UHGV virus genome: UHGV-0251712
DNA from: a virus
Reading direction: 5' to 3' (one strand)
DNA: 16,144 bases
The notes under the pieces were generated by a model, which saw only the letters and a program-made list of their open reading frames with translations, did not search any database and was not told the origin of the DNA. Below, one piece after another: positions 6,934-14,823 of this stretch. Position 1 is the stretch's first letter, and each line of letters begins with the position of its first letter. Made by a program: the position numbers and the translations under genes.

Positions 6934-9316
6934 ACGCATCAGACTTGGCACCCTGAGTAAGGGCGTTAATGGCCTTTTGCGCCTGCTGCATGGCTTTCTC
7001 AAACGCTGTTGATCCGCGTGGGGTGTTTGCCATTCGGAGCATTGCATTTCTGAATGGCTCGCTCTCATAGGCGCGAGTAAGAAGTCCGTAGCTTACTGCT
7101 GCGCCAGTTGTCGCCGGGTTCATTGCCGTCCCATATCCGATAATGAACGGGATGGTTTGCTGCCCTGTTGGTGTTGTTACTGCCGCTTTTGCTGCCTGCT
7201 GAGTGGACTGAAGGTAGTTTTTCAATCCTTTCAGATAAGCGGCTTCCTGACCTTTAAATGTGATGCCAGTCTGGTTTTGCAGGATGTTAAGCTGTCGAAG
7301 GAACTGGTCAGGTGAACCACCTGATTTCTCTATCGCCTTTCCAATAATGCCATTGCGCATTTGCGCTCTTCCAACGCGACCAACTGAGTTATACAGCGTC
7401 TTAATTTCCGATTTGTTCTTGCTGAATAGCATGTTGTTGACAACTTCCGGCGTCAGGTCGCCTTTCATGAGAACATTCTTCAGCCTGGTATTCTTTAGTT
7501 TCGCCGCTTCGTCAGCGTATACGGCATTGGCCTGCTGATATTTACGGAGAGTATCGTTGCCAAGATTCTGACCAATGGCACCATTGATATCGTCTGTCAT
7601 CGCCTTGTAAACGCGCTGAATGGCAGCATCGGAACGGTTTGGTAACACTGGTCGTTCACCCTTCACGTCCATTCTGAACTGGCTGCGCAGATCGCTTAAT
7701 TGCTTCAAATCCAGATTTACCGGACCATCAGGACCAGCATTGCGAACAAGCTCATCACGATATGACTGAAGTTTTGAAATAGTCTCGTTATCAGCAACCT
7801 TACCAAGCTTCTGCAGGTTAGATATTTCTGTATCAATCTGCTGAATTGCTCGCGCAGGCTGAATGTTTACTCCAGCCATAGCATTCTGAACCTGCTCCAG
7901 TCGATTACCGGCGGCACGACGAATTCCTGATGTTTTCGCTTTAAGGCTGTCAATAACAACAGATGGATCATACTCACCGAATTTATCAGCAAATCTCTGC
8001 ACCAACTGGCTTCTCGCTTCCTGTTGCGTTGCTCTCATTCCGCTTGTGCCAGCCAGAGGAATATTTTCTGCTGTAGTCTGCGCCATTTTTCCGACGCGGG
8101 AAGTAGGCTGTAACAGGTCTGTGGTGTGCAGAGGAACTCCTTCACGCTCTGCAAATCTGATAGCTTGCTGTGCTTCTGGCGCGATAGCACCACGAACGCC
8201 ACGATAAGCAGCACCTAATCCACGTCCGGCAGCGTTAATAGCACCGCCAGCAAGTACACCAACGCCTAAATCGGTGGCGAGTGCTTCCGCATCATCTTTC
8301 GCACTATTTGCAGCAAGTGATCCAACTGCGTTTTCTGCTAGAAGGCGAGTTGCCCCCTGAGCAATTCGACCAGCAAGTGTTGGTGCCTGTGCTGCCGCTC
8401 TCTCAACGCCAGCAGGAGTGAGGTAAGGCAATGCTTCAGCAAATACCCTTCCCTCTGTCGTTTGTGGAGTCAGCGCGCCTTGCCGAAGGCCAAAGTCCCG
8501 CTCTAATCCCTGCGTTGTTACTCGTGGTGCTGGTTGATATGTACCATCGCCAATGCCGAGTTTACCGCCAGCCCAAGCCGCCGCGCTTGTTACAGCATCA
8601 GTGAGTTCAGCAGGTATGTTCGCTACGTTGATTCCTGCCTGTAGTATGCCGCGCCCGGTTTCAGCAAGTCCATTACCAAGGTCAGACATTATTCCGCCTT
8701 GCTGCTGAACAGGTTTCGGTGCGACAGAACTTACGGGTTGAGGTGGCTGCTGACTGGCTGCCTGCTGCTCAATCTGAGCAAATGGATTATTTGGGTCTGA
8801 CTGCACACCTGATGCCGATACTTGTTCGGATGACTGTACTTCCAGTTGTGCAAACGGGTTGTTAGGGTCTTGCTGAGGATGTACCTTTGCAGAGGTGGCG
8901 CGCTGTTCGACTGTTGAGTCTGTCACCGGGTCACCCGCCCATTGAGCAAAGCGATCATCAACGTAACCGCGGCCTTCAGGTCCTGGCGTATATTCACCAC
9001 GCTTTGCCTTCATAACGTTGCCGGGACCGTCGTGATAAGCCTGAAGAGCGTCACGCCAGTTACCAAACTGCTGGTACATCTTTGCCAGATAGCGCGCGCC
9101 AGCGTCAGCCTGATATTCGGGGTTTTGCATTTGCTCATCGGTATAACCCATATCACGCCATGTCCCAGGCATGACCTGAGTCAATCCTACAGCCCCGGCG
9201 GAGCTTACTGCGGCAGGGTTGTAAGAAGACTCCTTGGCACCCAGTGCAGTCATCAACCCTTCTGGCACACCGTAACGTGCGCCAGCCTGCTCTAACAAAT
9301 CACGGTAATTAGCCAT
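6923..9316 (-). CDS. DNA ejection/injection protein (P22 gp16 / Sf6 gp13 position) with an N-terminal soluble lytic transglycosylase (SLT) domain
   Basis: 797-aa protein. Its N-terminus carries the SLT signature (..GAKESSYNPAAVSSAGAVGLTQVMPGTW...YLAKMYQQFGNW..AYHDGPGNV). It lies directly upstream of the tailspike in the Sf6/P22 late-operon order. The start is contiguous with the stop of the upstream gene (TAAATG). Confidence 0.65.
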   Translation of the reverse strand: MANYRDLLEQAGARYGVPEGLMTALGAKESSYNPAAVSSAGAVGLTQVMPGTWRDMGYTDEQMQNPEYQADAGARYLAKMYQQFGNWRDALQAYHDGPGNVMKAKRGEYTPGPEGRGYVDDRFAQWAGDPVTDSTVEQRATSAKVHPQQDPNNPFAQLEVQSSEQVSASGVQSDPNNPFAQIEQQAASQQPPQPVSSVAPKPVQQQGGIMSDLGNGLAETGRGILQAGINVANIPAELTDAVTSAAAWAGGKLGIGDGTYQPAPRVTTQGLERDFGLRQGALTPQTTEGRVFAEALPYLTPAGVERAAAQAPTLAGRIAQGATRLLAENAVGSLAANSAKDDAEALATDLGVGVLAGGAINAAGRGLGAAYRGVRGAIAPEAQQAIRFAEREGVPLHTTDLLQPTSRVGKMAQTTAENIPLAGTSGMRATQQEARSQLVQRFADKFGEYDPSVVIDSLKAKTSGIRRAAGNRLEQVQNAMAGVNIQPARAIQQIDTEISNLQKLGKVADNETISKLQSYRDELVRNAGPDGPVNLDLKQLSDLRSQFRMDVKGERPVLPNRSDAAIQRVYKAMTDDINGAIGQNLGNDTLRKYQQANAVYADEAAKLKNTRLKNVLMKGDLTPEVVNNMLFSKNKSEIKTLYNSVGRVGRAQMRNGIIGKAIEKSGGSPDQFLRQLNILQNQTGITFKGQEAAYLKGLKNYLQSTQQAAKAAVTTPTGQQTIPFIIGYGTAMNPATTGAAVSYGLLTRAYESEPFRNAMLRMANTPRGSTAFEKAMQQAQKAINALTQGAKSDALSE

Positions 9317-10648
9317 TTACTGCCCCAAAGATGGAAGATATCCGTAGCGATTAATGAAGTCGATTGACAGCTCGGGGTGCTGCTTCAGGTAATCTATAGA
9401 AGCCTGAGGCGCTTCCACTCGCTTGATACCGTTTTGCTGAACGTACTTACCAACCGCCTCATTACGCTTCTGGTTGAGCGTGTTCAGGATGACGCCAGCG
9501 TTGCGACGAAAGGACTCCTCGCTCTGCGAGTTCTGCAGCGAACCAACAGCCTGGTCGAGCTTTTTGCCCTCGGCATCAGAAAGTGCGCCCATGCCTCGCA
9601 TGGCCTGAACCGCTGTCAGGTATGCTTGGGATTTAAAGGTATCAAGTCGTGCCTGAGTGTCTGCAGCCTGTGAGCCTGGAACGTTGGGGATTACTCCACG
9701 TAAGCCTGTAATGCTCTTAAGTGAAGGAGAACTAACGATATCGTTCAGAGTGAACATGCTGGTTGTGAGGGTGTTGATGCCGTCTTTGTAGCCATCATTT
9801 AGCGCTTGCTGCTTCTGCTGCAACTGCTGGTTGTTGGCTGCTATGCGGCTCTGTATTTCCTGGCGCTTCAGGTCGTTAGTTTCTGCTGATAGCATCCGGT
9901 CAAGGCGCTTATTTTCGTTGTTAATGCGGTTTGTTTCTGCGTCCAGATTAATGCGCTGCTGACCTAAATTCGCCTGGATATCTTGCCCGCGCATTGTGAT
10001 TGCCTGATTCCGAGCGGCGGTTTGCGAATCCAGATCCTGACCGCGCATGGTAACCTGGCGACCCTGCATTTTATCCTGTAGGTCAAAGTATTTTTCGGGT
10101 CCGAGACTGTTCATCCCCAGGTGATCGACAAATTCGCCGAACTGCCGCGGGTTCTGTTGGTACATCTGAGCGACATCCTGAGGATTAACGCCAACACGAG
10201 CTAACTCACCGGCGTTGTTTTGCAGCCATGATTGCATTGCTTCTGGAGACGATGACGCAAGGCGTGCGCCAGCCGCTAAGGTGCCGATAGAATTACGCTG
10301 ATCTTCATCAATGAATCCCATGCCTTTACGAACGGATTCAATCTGTTCTGGATATTGAGTAGCCAACTGACGCAAAGCACCGCGATCACCAGACGCATAA
10401 GCATTAGCGTATGCCTGCTGAAATTCTTTCTGCCGCTGAGCCTGCTTTTCCTGCTGAAACACCCCCGCAATACCTGAAAGGCCTTGCAAAGCAGTCAGCC
10501 CAACATTGTTAGCGCCTGAACGCTCAATATCATTGTTCTGCCTGATAAGCTGAAGCGTATTGCCGATGTCATTTACGCTCGGAGCGTTTGAGTTGACGCC
10601 GCCGATACCAGCCAACAATCCGCCGTTTGTTCCTTGCCAAGTAGCCAT
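9317..10648 (-). CDS. DNA ejection protein (P22 gp20 / Sf6 gp12 position), Q-rich coiled-coil protein
   Basis: 443-aa protein, called by position between the gp7-like stub and the gp16-position gene. It contains internal near-repeats (TMRGQDLDSQ / TMRGQDIQAN). AAGGGG lies upstream of the ATG. Confidence 0.55.
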   Translation of the reverse strand: MATWQGTNGGLLAGIGGVNSNAPSVNDIGNTLQLIRQNNDIERSGANNVGLTALQGLSGIAGVFQQEKQAQRQKEFQQAYANAYASGDRGALRQLATQYPEQIESVRKGMGFIDEDQRNSIGTLAAGARLASSSPEAMQSWLQNNAGELARVGVNPQDVAQMYQQNPRQFGEFVDHLGMNSLGPEKYFDLQDKMQGRQVTMRGQDLDSQTAARNQAITMRGQDIQANLGQQRINLDAETNRINNENKRLDRMLSAETNDLKRQEIQSRIAANNQQLQQKQQALNDGYKDGINTLTTSMFTLNDIVSSPSLKSITGLRGVIPNVPGSQAADTQARLDTFKSQAYLTAVQAMRGMGALSDAEGKKLDQAVGSLQNSQSEESFRRNAGVILNTLNQKRNEAVGKYVQQNGIKRVEAPQASIDYLKQHPELSIDFINRYGYLPSLGQ

Positions 10649-10657
10649 GATTACCCC

Positions 10658-10835
10658 TTAAAACAACGAGCCAAGCAATCCGATACCAGCACCAATGCCA
10701 GCGCCCCAAGGCGTTGATGTTCCCAAAAGGCTGGCAAGACCTGCACCGGCAATCGCACCAGACGTGCCACCGCTAATTGCAGTCTGAAGACTTGATGGTT
10801 TAACCAAAGAGTAGTTGGCTTTGGGGTGACGTGAA
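10658..10835 (-). pseudogene. 3' terminal fragment of a gp7-like ejection protein gene (glycine-rich hydrophobic C-terminus), truncated by a deletion
   Basis: Only about 60 codons remain, ending ..GAIAGAGLASLLGTSTPWGAGIGAGIGLLGSLF immediately before the gp20-position gene. The frame runs upstream into the ssb fragment with no plausible start. P22 gp7 is about 229 aa. Confidence 0.35.
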
Positions 10836-11267
10836 GTGCAGCTGCACGACGGCAACCTGACAATAGCAACGTCAGAACAATGGCGAGATAAAAATACTGG
10901 CGAGCAAAAGGAATTGACTGAATGGCATCGTGTTGCTGTATCCGGGAAACTGGCTGAGGTCGTGGGGCAGTATGTGAAAAAAGGTGATCAGATTTATTTC
11001 GAGGGAATGCTGAGAACCAGAAAGTGGAAAGACCAGTCAGGGCAAGACCGTTACACAACCGAGGTTCATGTCGGAATTAATGGCGTGATGCAAATGCTTG
11101 GCGGCATTGGCGACAGCAAACAACAAGCAGCCAGCAGGCAATCACAGAAGCCACAGCAGCAATCATCACCAGCACAACACAACGAACCTCCGATGGATTT
11201 TGACGACGATATACCCTTTGCACCAGTAACTCTCCCCTTCCCTCGTCACGCTATTCACGCAATTTAA
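10836..11267 (+). pseudogene. ssb: single-strand DNA-binding protein gene lacking its first ~35 codons, with a 15-codon extension after the DDDIPF tail
   Basis: The translation ..[27 protein letters not shown]...[12 protein letters not shown]...MQMLGG...[12 protein letters not shown] aligns with E. coli SSB from residue ~36 onward. A TGA lies 3 codons upstream in frame and there is no ATG. DDDIPF is followed by [15 protein letters not shown] instead of a stop. Confidence 0.85.
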
Positions 11268-11280
11268 TCAGGAGAAAATC

Positions 11281-11577
11281 ATGCCAGCGCCTCAGTATGG
11301 TGCGGATGACCCGCGCCGCTGTTCCGGCAATTCCGTATCGGAGGTGCTGGATAAATTCAGAAAAAACTACGACCGGATAATGTCGCTACCGCAGGAAACA
11401 AAAGAGGAAAAGGAATTTCGCCACTGTATATGGCTTGCAGAGAAAGAAGAACGAGAGCGAATTTACCAGACATCAATCCGACCATTCCGCAAAGCCACAT
11501 ATACCCACTTCCCTGAATATATCGACCCGCGCCTGCGTAATTACCGCTCACGCTATGGCTCTATCAGTAATGACTGA
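11281..11577 (+). CDS. hypothetical phage early (PL-operon) protein, 98 aa
   Basis: Strong RBS (AGGAG, 5 nt spacer) before the ATG. It is co-oriented with ssb and the downstream ea-type genes. No family recognised. Confidence 0.5.
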   Translation: MPAPQYGADDPRRCSGNSVSEVLDKFRKNYDRIMSLPQETKEEKEFRHCIWLAEKEERERIYQTSIRPFRKATYTHFPEYIDPRLRNYRSRYGSISND

Positions 11578-11587
11578 GGAATTTACC

Positions 11588-11755
11588 ATGAGAGGACTTG
11601 CATACAATCCCGGCATTCTTCCGGCAGAAATGATTATTCGCCAACGCGTAAAGCCAATGCCATCGAGAGAGGAATTGCTTAAGAGAAATTCTTTTCCGTC
11701 AGTAAATCAAAACAAATATCTGAATGCGATGTGGCGTAAAGGAGGCAAGCAGTGA
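11588..11755 (+). CDS. hypothetical small protein (55 aa; an alternative start at 11567 is possible)
   Basis: GAGGA lies 8 nt upstream of the ATG at 11588. The ORF overlaps the previous stop (ATGA) and ends overlapping the next start. Confidence 0.3.
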   Translation: MRGLAYNPGILPAEMIIRQRVKPMPSREELLKRNSFPSVNQNKYLNAMWRKGGKQ

Positions 11756-12051
11756 GTGTATGTCTTATTGATAAACGTCGACGTGGGCAACAAATACCAT
11801 CTGTTGGAATGCCGAATCACACATGGTTTTGCGTACTTGATATCGATGGTATGGATGCGTTGGTTGACACTCGTCATTACTGCGATACCGCAACAGCTAC
11901 TCCGGCGAAAGCAAAGAAAATGGCTGCTCTGATAGAAAACTGGACTCCACCTGATGGTTGGTGCAATGGGAATGATCGAGATTGGCACGAAAAAATGAAG
12001 GGCTATATCTGCGATTTTTTACGTAAATGCAACGGATTCAGGGTGATGTGA
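11752..12051 (+). CDS. hypothetical protein, 99 aa, GTG start
   Basis: GGAGG lies 6 nt upstream of the GTG at 11752. Cys/His-containing (..[25 protein letters not shown]..). Its stop overlaps the next start (TGACATG). Confidence 0.45.
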   Translation: MSVCLIDKRRRGQQIPSVGMPNHTWFCVLDIDGMDALVDTRHYCDTATATPAKAKKMAALIENWTPPDGWCNGNDRDWHEKMKGYICDFLRKCNGFRVM

Positions 12052-12052
12052 C

Positions 12053-12742
12053 ATGAGCAAGATTGCCTATCAGGCACTGCGTGAAAAGGCAGAGAAAGCA
12101 ACGTGTGGTGTGTGGTCGCTCGAATATGGAGAGGGCCGATTTGATGGTGATGATGCGCTAATTCATCGTGAAGTTGCTGGATATATTCCCATTTGCAGAA
12201 TTGAAGGAGCGCATCCTGAAAGCGGTTTCGATGAAGATTTCCAAATGGAACAGCAGGCCAATGCTGAATTCATCGCAGCAGCCAGTCCAGCTACCGTGCT
12301 GGCACTACTGGATGAACGGGAAAGAAACCAGCAGTACATCAAACGCCGCGACCAGGAGAACGAAGATATTGCGCTAACGGTAGGGAAGCTGCGTGTTGAT
12401 CTGGAAGCCGCAGAGAAGCGCAACGCAAAATTACAAAGCGAGAATGCATACATCCGCAACAGGTACAAAGAACTGGACCTATTAATCGGGAAAAACATTC
12501 TGGTCATGCAGGCTGCCATTATCGAATGGCAATCTACTGGCGACGCTAAAAGCGGACTGGCATGGATTTATAACACACTGTTTGGCCCAGGCGAATTGCC
12601 GGACGAATCTGAGAAAGATGCTCAGGCCTACTTTAATCGCAAAAATGAACCGATTGACGAAAAGCTTATGGAGCTTCACAAGTGGTTTTGGGAACAAAGT
12701 GAAGCCGAGCGTGTCGCTGGCATTCGCATCAAAGGAGAGTGA
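12053..12742 (+). CDS. coiled-coil phage early protein, possibly Ead/Ea22-like family
   Basis: 229-aa protein with an acidic N-terminal half and a central coiled coil (..KRRDQENEDIALTVGKLRVDLEAAEKRNAKLQSENAYIRNRYKELD..). Resembles 'ead/Ea22-like' prophage proteins as remembered; not verified. Confidence 0.45.
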   Translation: MSKIAYQALREKAEKATCGVWSLEYGEGRFDGDDALIHREVAGYIPICRIEGAHPESGFDEDFQMEQQANAEFIAAASPATVLALLDERERNQQYIKRRDQENEDIALTVGKLRVDLEAAEKRNAKLQSENAYIRNRYKELDLLIGKNILVMQAAIIEWQSTGDAKSGLAWIYNTLFGPGELPDESEKDAQAYFNRKNEPIDEKLMELHKWFWEQSEAERVAGIRIKGE

Positions 12743-12743
12743 T

Positions 12744-12941
12744 ATGGATAAAAACACCACTGCTTACTGGAATCTGTCACTTGATACCGAATGCCCAAAA
12801 TGCGGTCACAATTTCGATCTGCTTTGTGACGCTGATTTCTGGGAGTTTTCTGGAGCTAAACAGGCATGTGAAGAAATAAAAGGTTACAAAACATGCTGTC
12901 CGGAATGTAACCATGAATTTAAAACAGATTTCATATATTGA
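12744..12941 (+). CDS. 65-aa C4 zinc-ribbon protein
   Basis: MDKNTTAYWNLSLDTECPKCGHNF...CCPECNHEF: two CxxC pairs. GGAGAG lies before the ATG, and the start sits 1 nt after the previous stop (translational coupling). Confidence 0.45.
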   Translation: MDKNTTAYWNLSLDTECPKCGHNFDLLCDADFWEFSGAKQACEEIKGYKTCCPECNHEFKTDFIY

Positions 12942-12951
12942 GGCATAACAA

Positions 12952-13398
12952 ATGACCACTATTACCAAAGAACGTATTGAATTGTTCATTAAAAATCCGC
13001 TTGAAAACGGGCTTACTCGTGGCGAACAAATGGAACTGGCACGAATTGCACTGGCATCACTGGAACGCGAACTGATTCGCCACGAGCATGCCAAATGGTC
13101 TGACTCCACATTTGGCTGCGTTGGCCCCATTGGTCCACTGAAACACCTCTCAAAAGAGACACTGGAAGCCGCAGCCGAACCAGACGATCTTAGCGAGTGG
13201 GCTGATATGCAGTTTCTGTTGTGGGATGCACAGCGCCGTGCTGGCATCAGCGATGCTGAAATTACCGCTGCTATGGAAGATAAATTGAAGATCAACATGG
13301 AGCGCCAGTGGCCTGAGCCAAAAGATGGTGAGCCTCGCTTGCACATTAAAGAACTCGGCAACTCTCCGGTAATTCCGGATGGTTCGGATGATGGTTAA
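12952..13398 (+). CDS. MazG-like all-alpha nucleotide pyrophosphohydrolase-type protein (prophage 'dATP/dGTP diphosphohydrolase' type)
   Basis: 148-aa protein with KETLEAAAE...DLSEWADMQFLLWDAQRRAGI, which fits the ExxE-(x12)-ExxD metal-binding pattern and helix arrangement of MazG/DUF550 proteins. GAGG RBS. Confidence 0.45.
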   Translation: MTTITKERIELFIKNPLENGLTRGEQMELARIALASLERELIRHEHAKWSDSTFGCVGPIGPLKHLSKETLEAAAEPDDLSEWADMQFLLWDAQRRAGISDAEITAAMEDKLKINMERQWPEPKDGEPRLHIKELGNSPVIPDGSDDG

Positions 13399-13547
13399 CC
13401 ATTTTTGATGTAAAAACATCCTTCTCTGAGGGCTTGCTCCTCAATAAGTTTGGTTTTATAATTACGCGCAATGAAGGTGGGCGGTTCGCTACTATACAAG
13501 AGGGGTGTACCCCGCGAACTTAACCCACCACCACTTTCCTCTCTACT

Positions 13548-14195
13548 ATGAATTGCAAATCAATGACCAGAAAATATGCCATCATGATCGATGCTGGTTT
13601 TTTGCGTGCAAAATTAGGCACAAAAGATAAGCCAATCGATGCGGAAGTAATCAAAGTATTTGTAGAAAAACTAACAAAAAGGCATGAACTAGAAGGCATG
13701 ATTTTGCACCGTGTTTATTATTACGATGCAGAGCCGCTTACCGGAATACAGACGCATCCGATTAGTGGAGAGAAAATTGACTTCTCTGAAACAGAAGTTT
13801 CTAAAAGAAATAAAGCCATGCTTGATGAGTTGAAAAGAACTCCTTTTTTTGCAGTAAGACTTGGAGAGACAAACTTTCGAGGATGGAAGGTTGACCCATG
13901 GGCATTAAAGAGCAGTGACTCTAAAACTTCTTCCATTAATGCCTACAATGTTAAGCCTAATGTTCAGCAGAAAGGCGTTGATATGCGTATTGCGTTAGAT
14001 ATGTCATCAATGTCATTAAAAAAACAGGCAGATATATATGCTTTGGTGACTGGTGATTCAGATTTTGTTCCAATTATAAAATTTGCTAGGAAAGAAGGCC
14101 GACAGATTTTTCTATACACACTGGGACATAGTGTCAAGCAGACGATGTATGAACATTCCGATTTGTTAGTGCCAGATACCATGGATAAATTGTGA
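13548..14195 (+). CDS. NYN-domain (LabA/PIN-like) predicted ribonuclease, low-GC cargo gene
   Basis: 215-aa protein with the N-terminal ..YAIMIDAGFL.. (first Asp), the central QQKGVDMRIALDM motif, and the GDSDFVP motif (ALVTGDSDFVPIIKFARKEGRQI) diagnostic of PF01936 NYN domains. GC is clearly lower than the flanks. It is preceded by a 150-bp non-coding leader. The start may be the internal ATG at 13563. Confidence 0.7.
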   Translation: MNCKSMTRKYAIMIDAGFLRAKLGTKDKPIDAEVIKVFVEKLTKRHELEGMILHRVYYYDAEPLTGIQTHPISGEKIDFSETEVSKRNKAMLDELKRTPFFAVRLGETNFRGWKVDPWALKSSDSKTSSINAYNVKPNVQQKGVDMRIALDMSSMSLKKQADIYALVTGDSDFVPIIKFARKEGRQIFLYTLGHSVKQTMYEHSDLLVPDTMDKL

Positions 14196-14374
14196 TTGGA
14201 GCTAGGAATAGGTTAGCCGCGCCTTAATAGATGATCCATTCTGGCAGAAAAAGAACACAAAGAAGTAGCCTAAGTGCCCCCAACTGCATTTACACCCAGG
14301 CCCTCATTGCGGGTCTTTCTATTTACAGAGATGGCTGAGCAGAACGCCAAGAACTGACAACCTGAACGAATACG

Positions 14375-14400
14375 AACCCGCCTAGTGCGGGTTTTCTTTT
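14375..14400 (+). terminator. rho-independent terminator (AACCCGC-CTAGT-GCGGGTT + TTTTCTTTT)
   Basis: 7-bp GC-rich stem followed by a T-run. Confidence 0.6.
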
Positions 14401-14405
14401 ATCTG

Positions 14406-14430
14406 AACTCGCTACGGCGAGTTTTGTTTT
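14406..14430 (+). terminator. second, near-duplicate rho-independent terminator (AACTCGC-TACG-GCGAGTT + TTTTGTTTT)
   Basis: Same architecture as the upstream terminator with one stem transition. The T-run ends 1 nt before the next ATG. Confidence 0.55.
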
Positions 14431-14742
14431 ATGGAGATGATTATGGCCTGTTCAACATTCAACCATTTAACGTTACAGAAATACCAGCCAGACCCTGAAG
14501 ATTTATGCTCACTGTGTGGCGGAAATCATGGTAAAGCCGCCATGATCGAATGTAAGGACAAAATCCACATTTGCCTTAATTGCGTTGATGTCCTCGTTGA
14601 TATCAAAAATGAGAGAGAAGATAAAAAGCGTAGCGAGGCTATTCGCGCATTAGATTCATGGATGCGAGATGGGTATAGTGCTGCGCAAATTTATGACTTC
14701 GCAATATCAAAAGGCGAAATACCAGGAGTGCGCATCGAATAA
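14431..14742 (+). CDS. small C4 zinc-finger protein (about 100 aa; probable start at 14443, MACSTFNHL..)
   Basis: CSLCGG...CLNC motif pairs. GGAGA lies 5 nt upstream of the ATG at 14443. It is followed by a terminator at 14784-14808. Confidence 0.5.
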   Translation: MEMIMACSTFNHLTLQKYQPDPEDLCSLCGGNHGKAAMIECKDKIHICLNCVDVLVDIKNEREDKKRSEAIRALDSWMRDGYSAAQIYDFAISKGEIPGVRIE

Positions 14743-14783
14743 GACGTAACCAATATTCGAATTGAAGAACTGAAAGAACACCA

Positions 14784-14808
14784 AGCCGCCTGATGGCGGT
14801 TTCTTTTT
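14784..14808 (+). terminator. rho-independent terminator (AGCCGCC-TGAT-GGCGGTT + TCTTTTT)
   Basis: Stem-loop plus T-run 40 nt after the stop of the zinc-finger gene. Confidence 0.55.
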
Positions 14809-14823
14809 GCCTGGAGAATTAAG

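Noticed and set aside
6685-7068. ORFs 6685..6960 (+) and 6883..7068 (-) around the mnt/ejection-gene boundary
   Set aside because: They overlap mnt out of frame or are antisense to the ejection-protein 3' end. Arg/Ser-rich antisense composition.
7260-10470. Internal ORFs 7260..7538, 8942..9295, 9377..9673 and 10276..10470 within the ejection-protein genes
   Set aside because: All are embedded antisense or out-of-frame inside long, well-supported ORFs.
10651-11058. 135-aa minus-strand ORF across the gp7/ssb junction
   Set aside because: It is antisense to the clearly homologous ssb sequence. It exists only because the junction leaves that frame open.
11357-13936. Antisense and overlapping ORFs in the early-gene block (11357..11551-, 11435..11587 part, 11707..11988-, 12163..12519-, 12168..12377+, 12482..12760-, 12582..12743 part, 12777..13361-, 13150..13419-, 13721..13936-, 13964..14182-)
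   Set aside because: Ser/Arg/Cys-rich antisense-type translations with no RBS. Each is opposite or out of frame with a better-supported, RBS-preceded plus-strand gene.
14196-14400. Possible tRNA gene ahead of the tandem terminators (tRNAs are common int targets)
   Set aside because: There is no GTTCGAATC-type T-loop, no acceptor-stem complementarity and no CCA-adjacent structure. It is treated only as a possible sRNA region.
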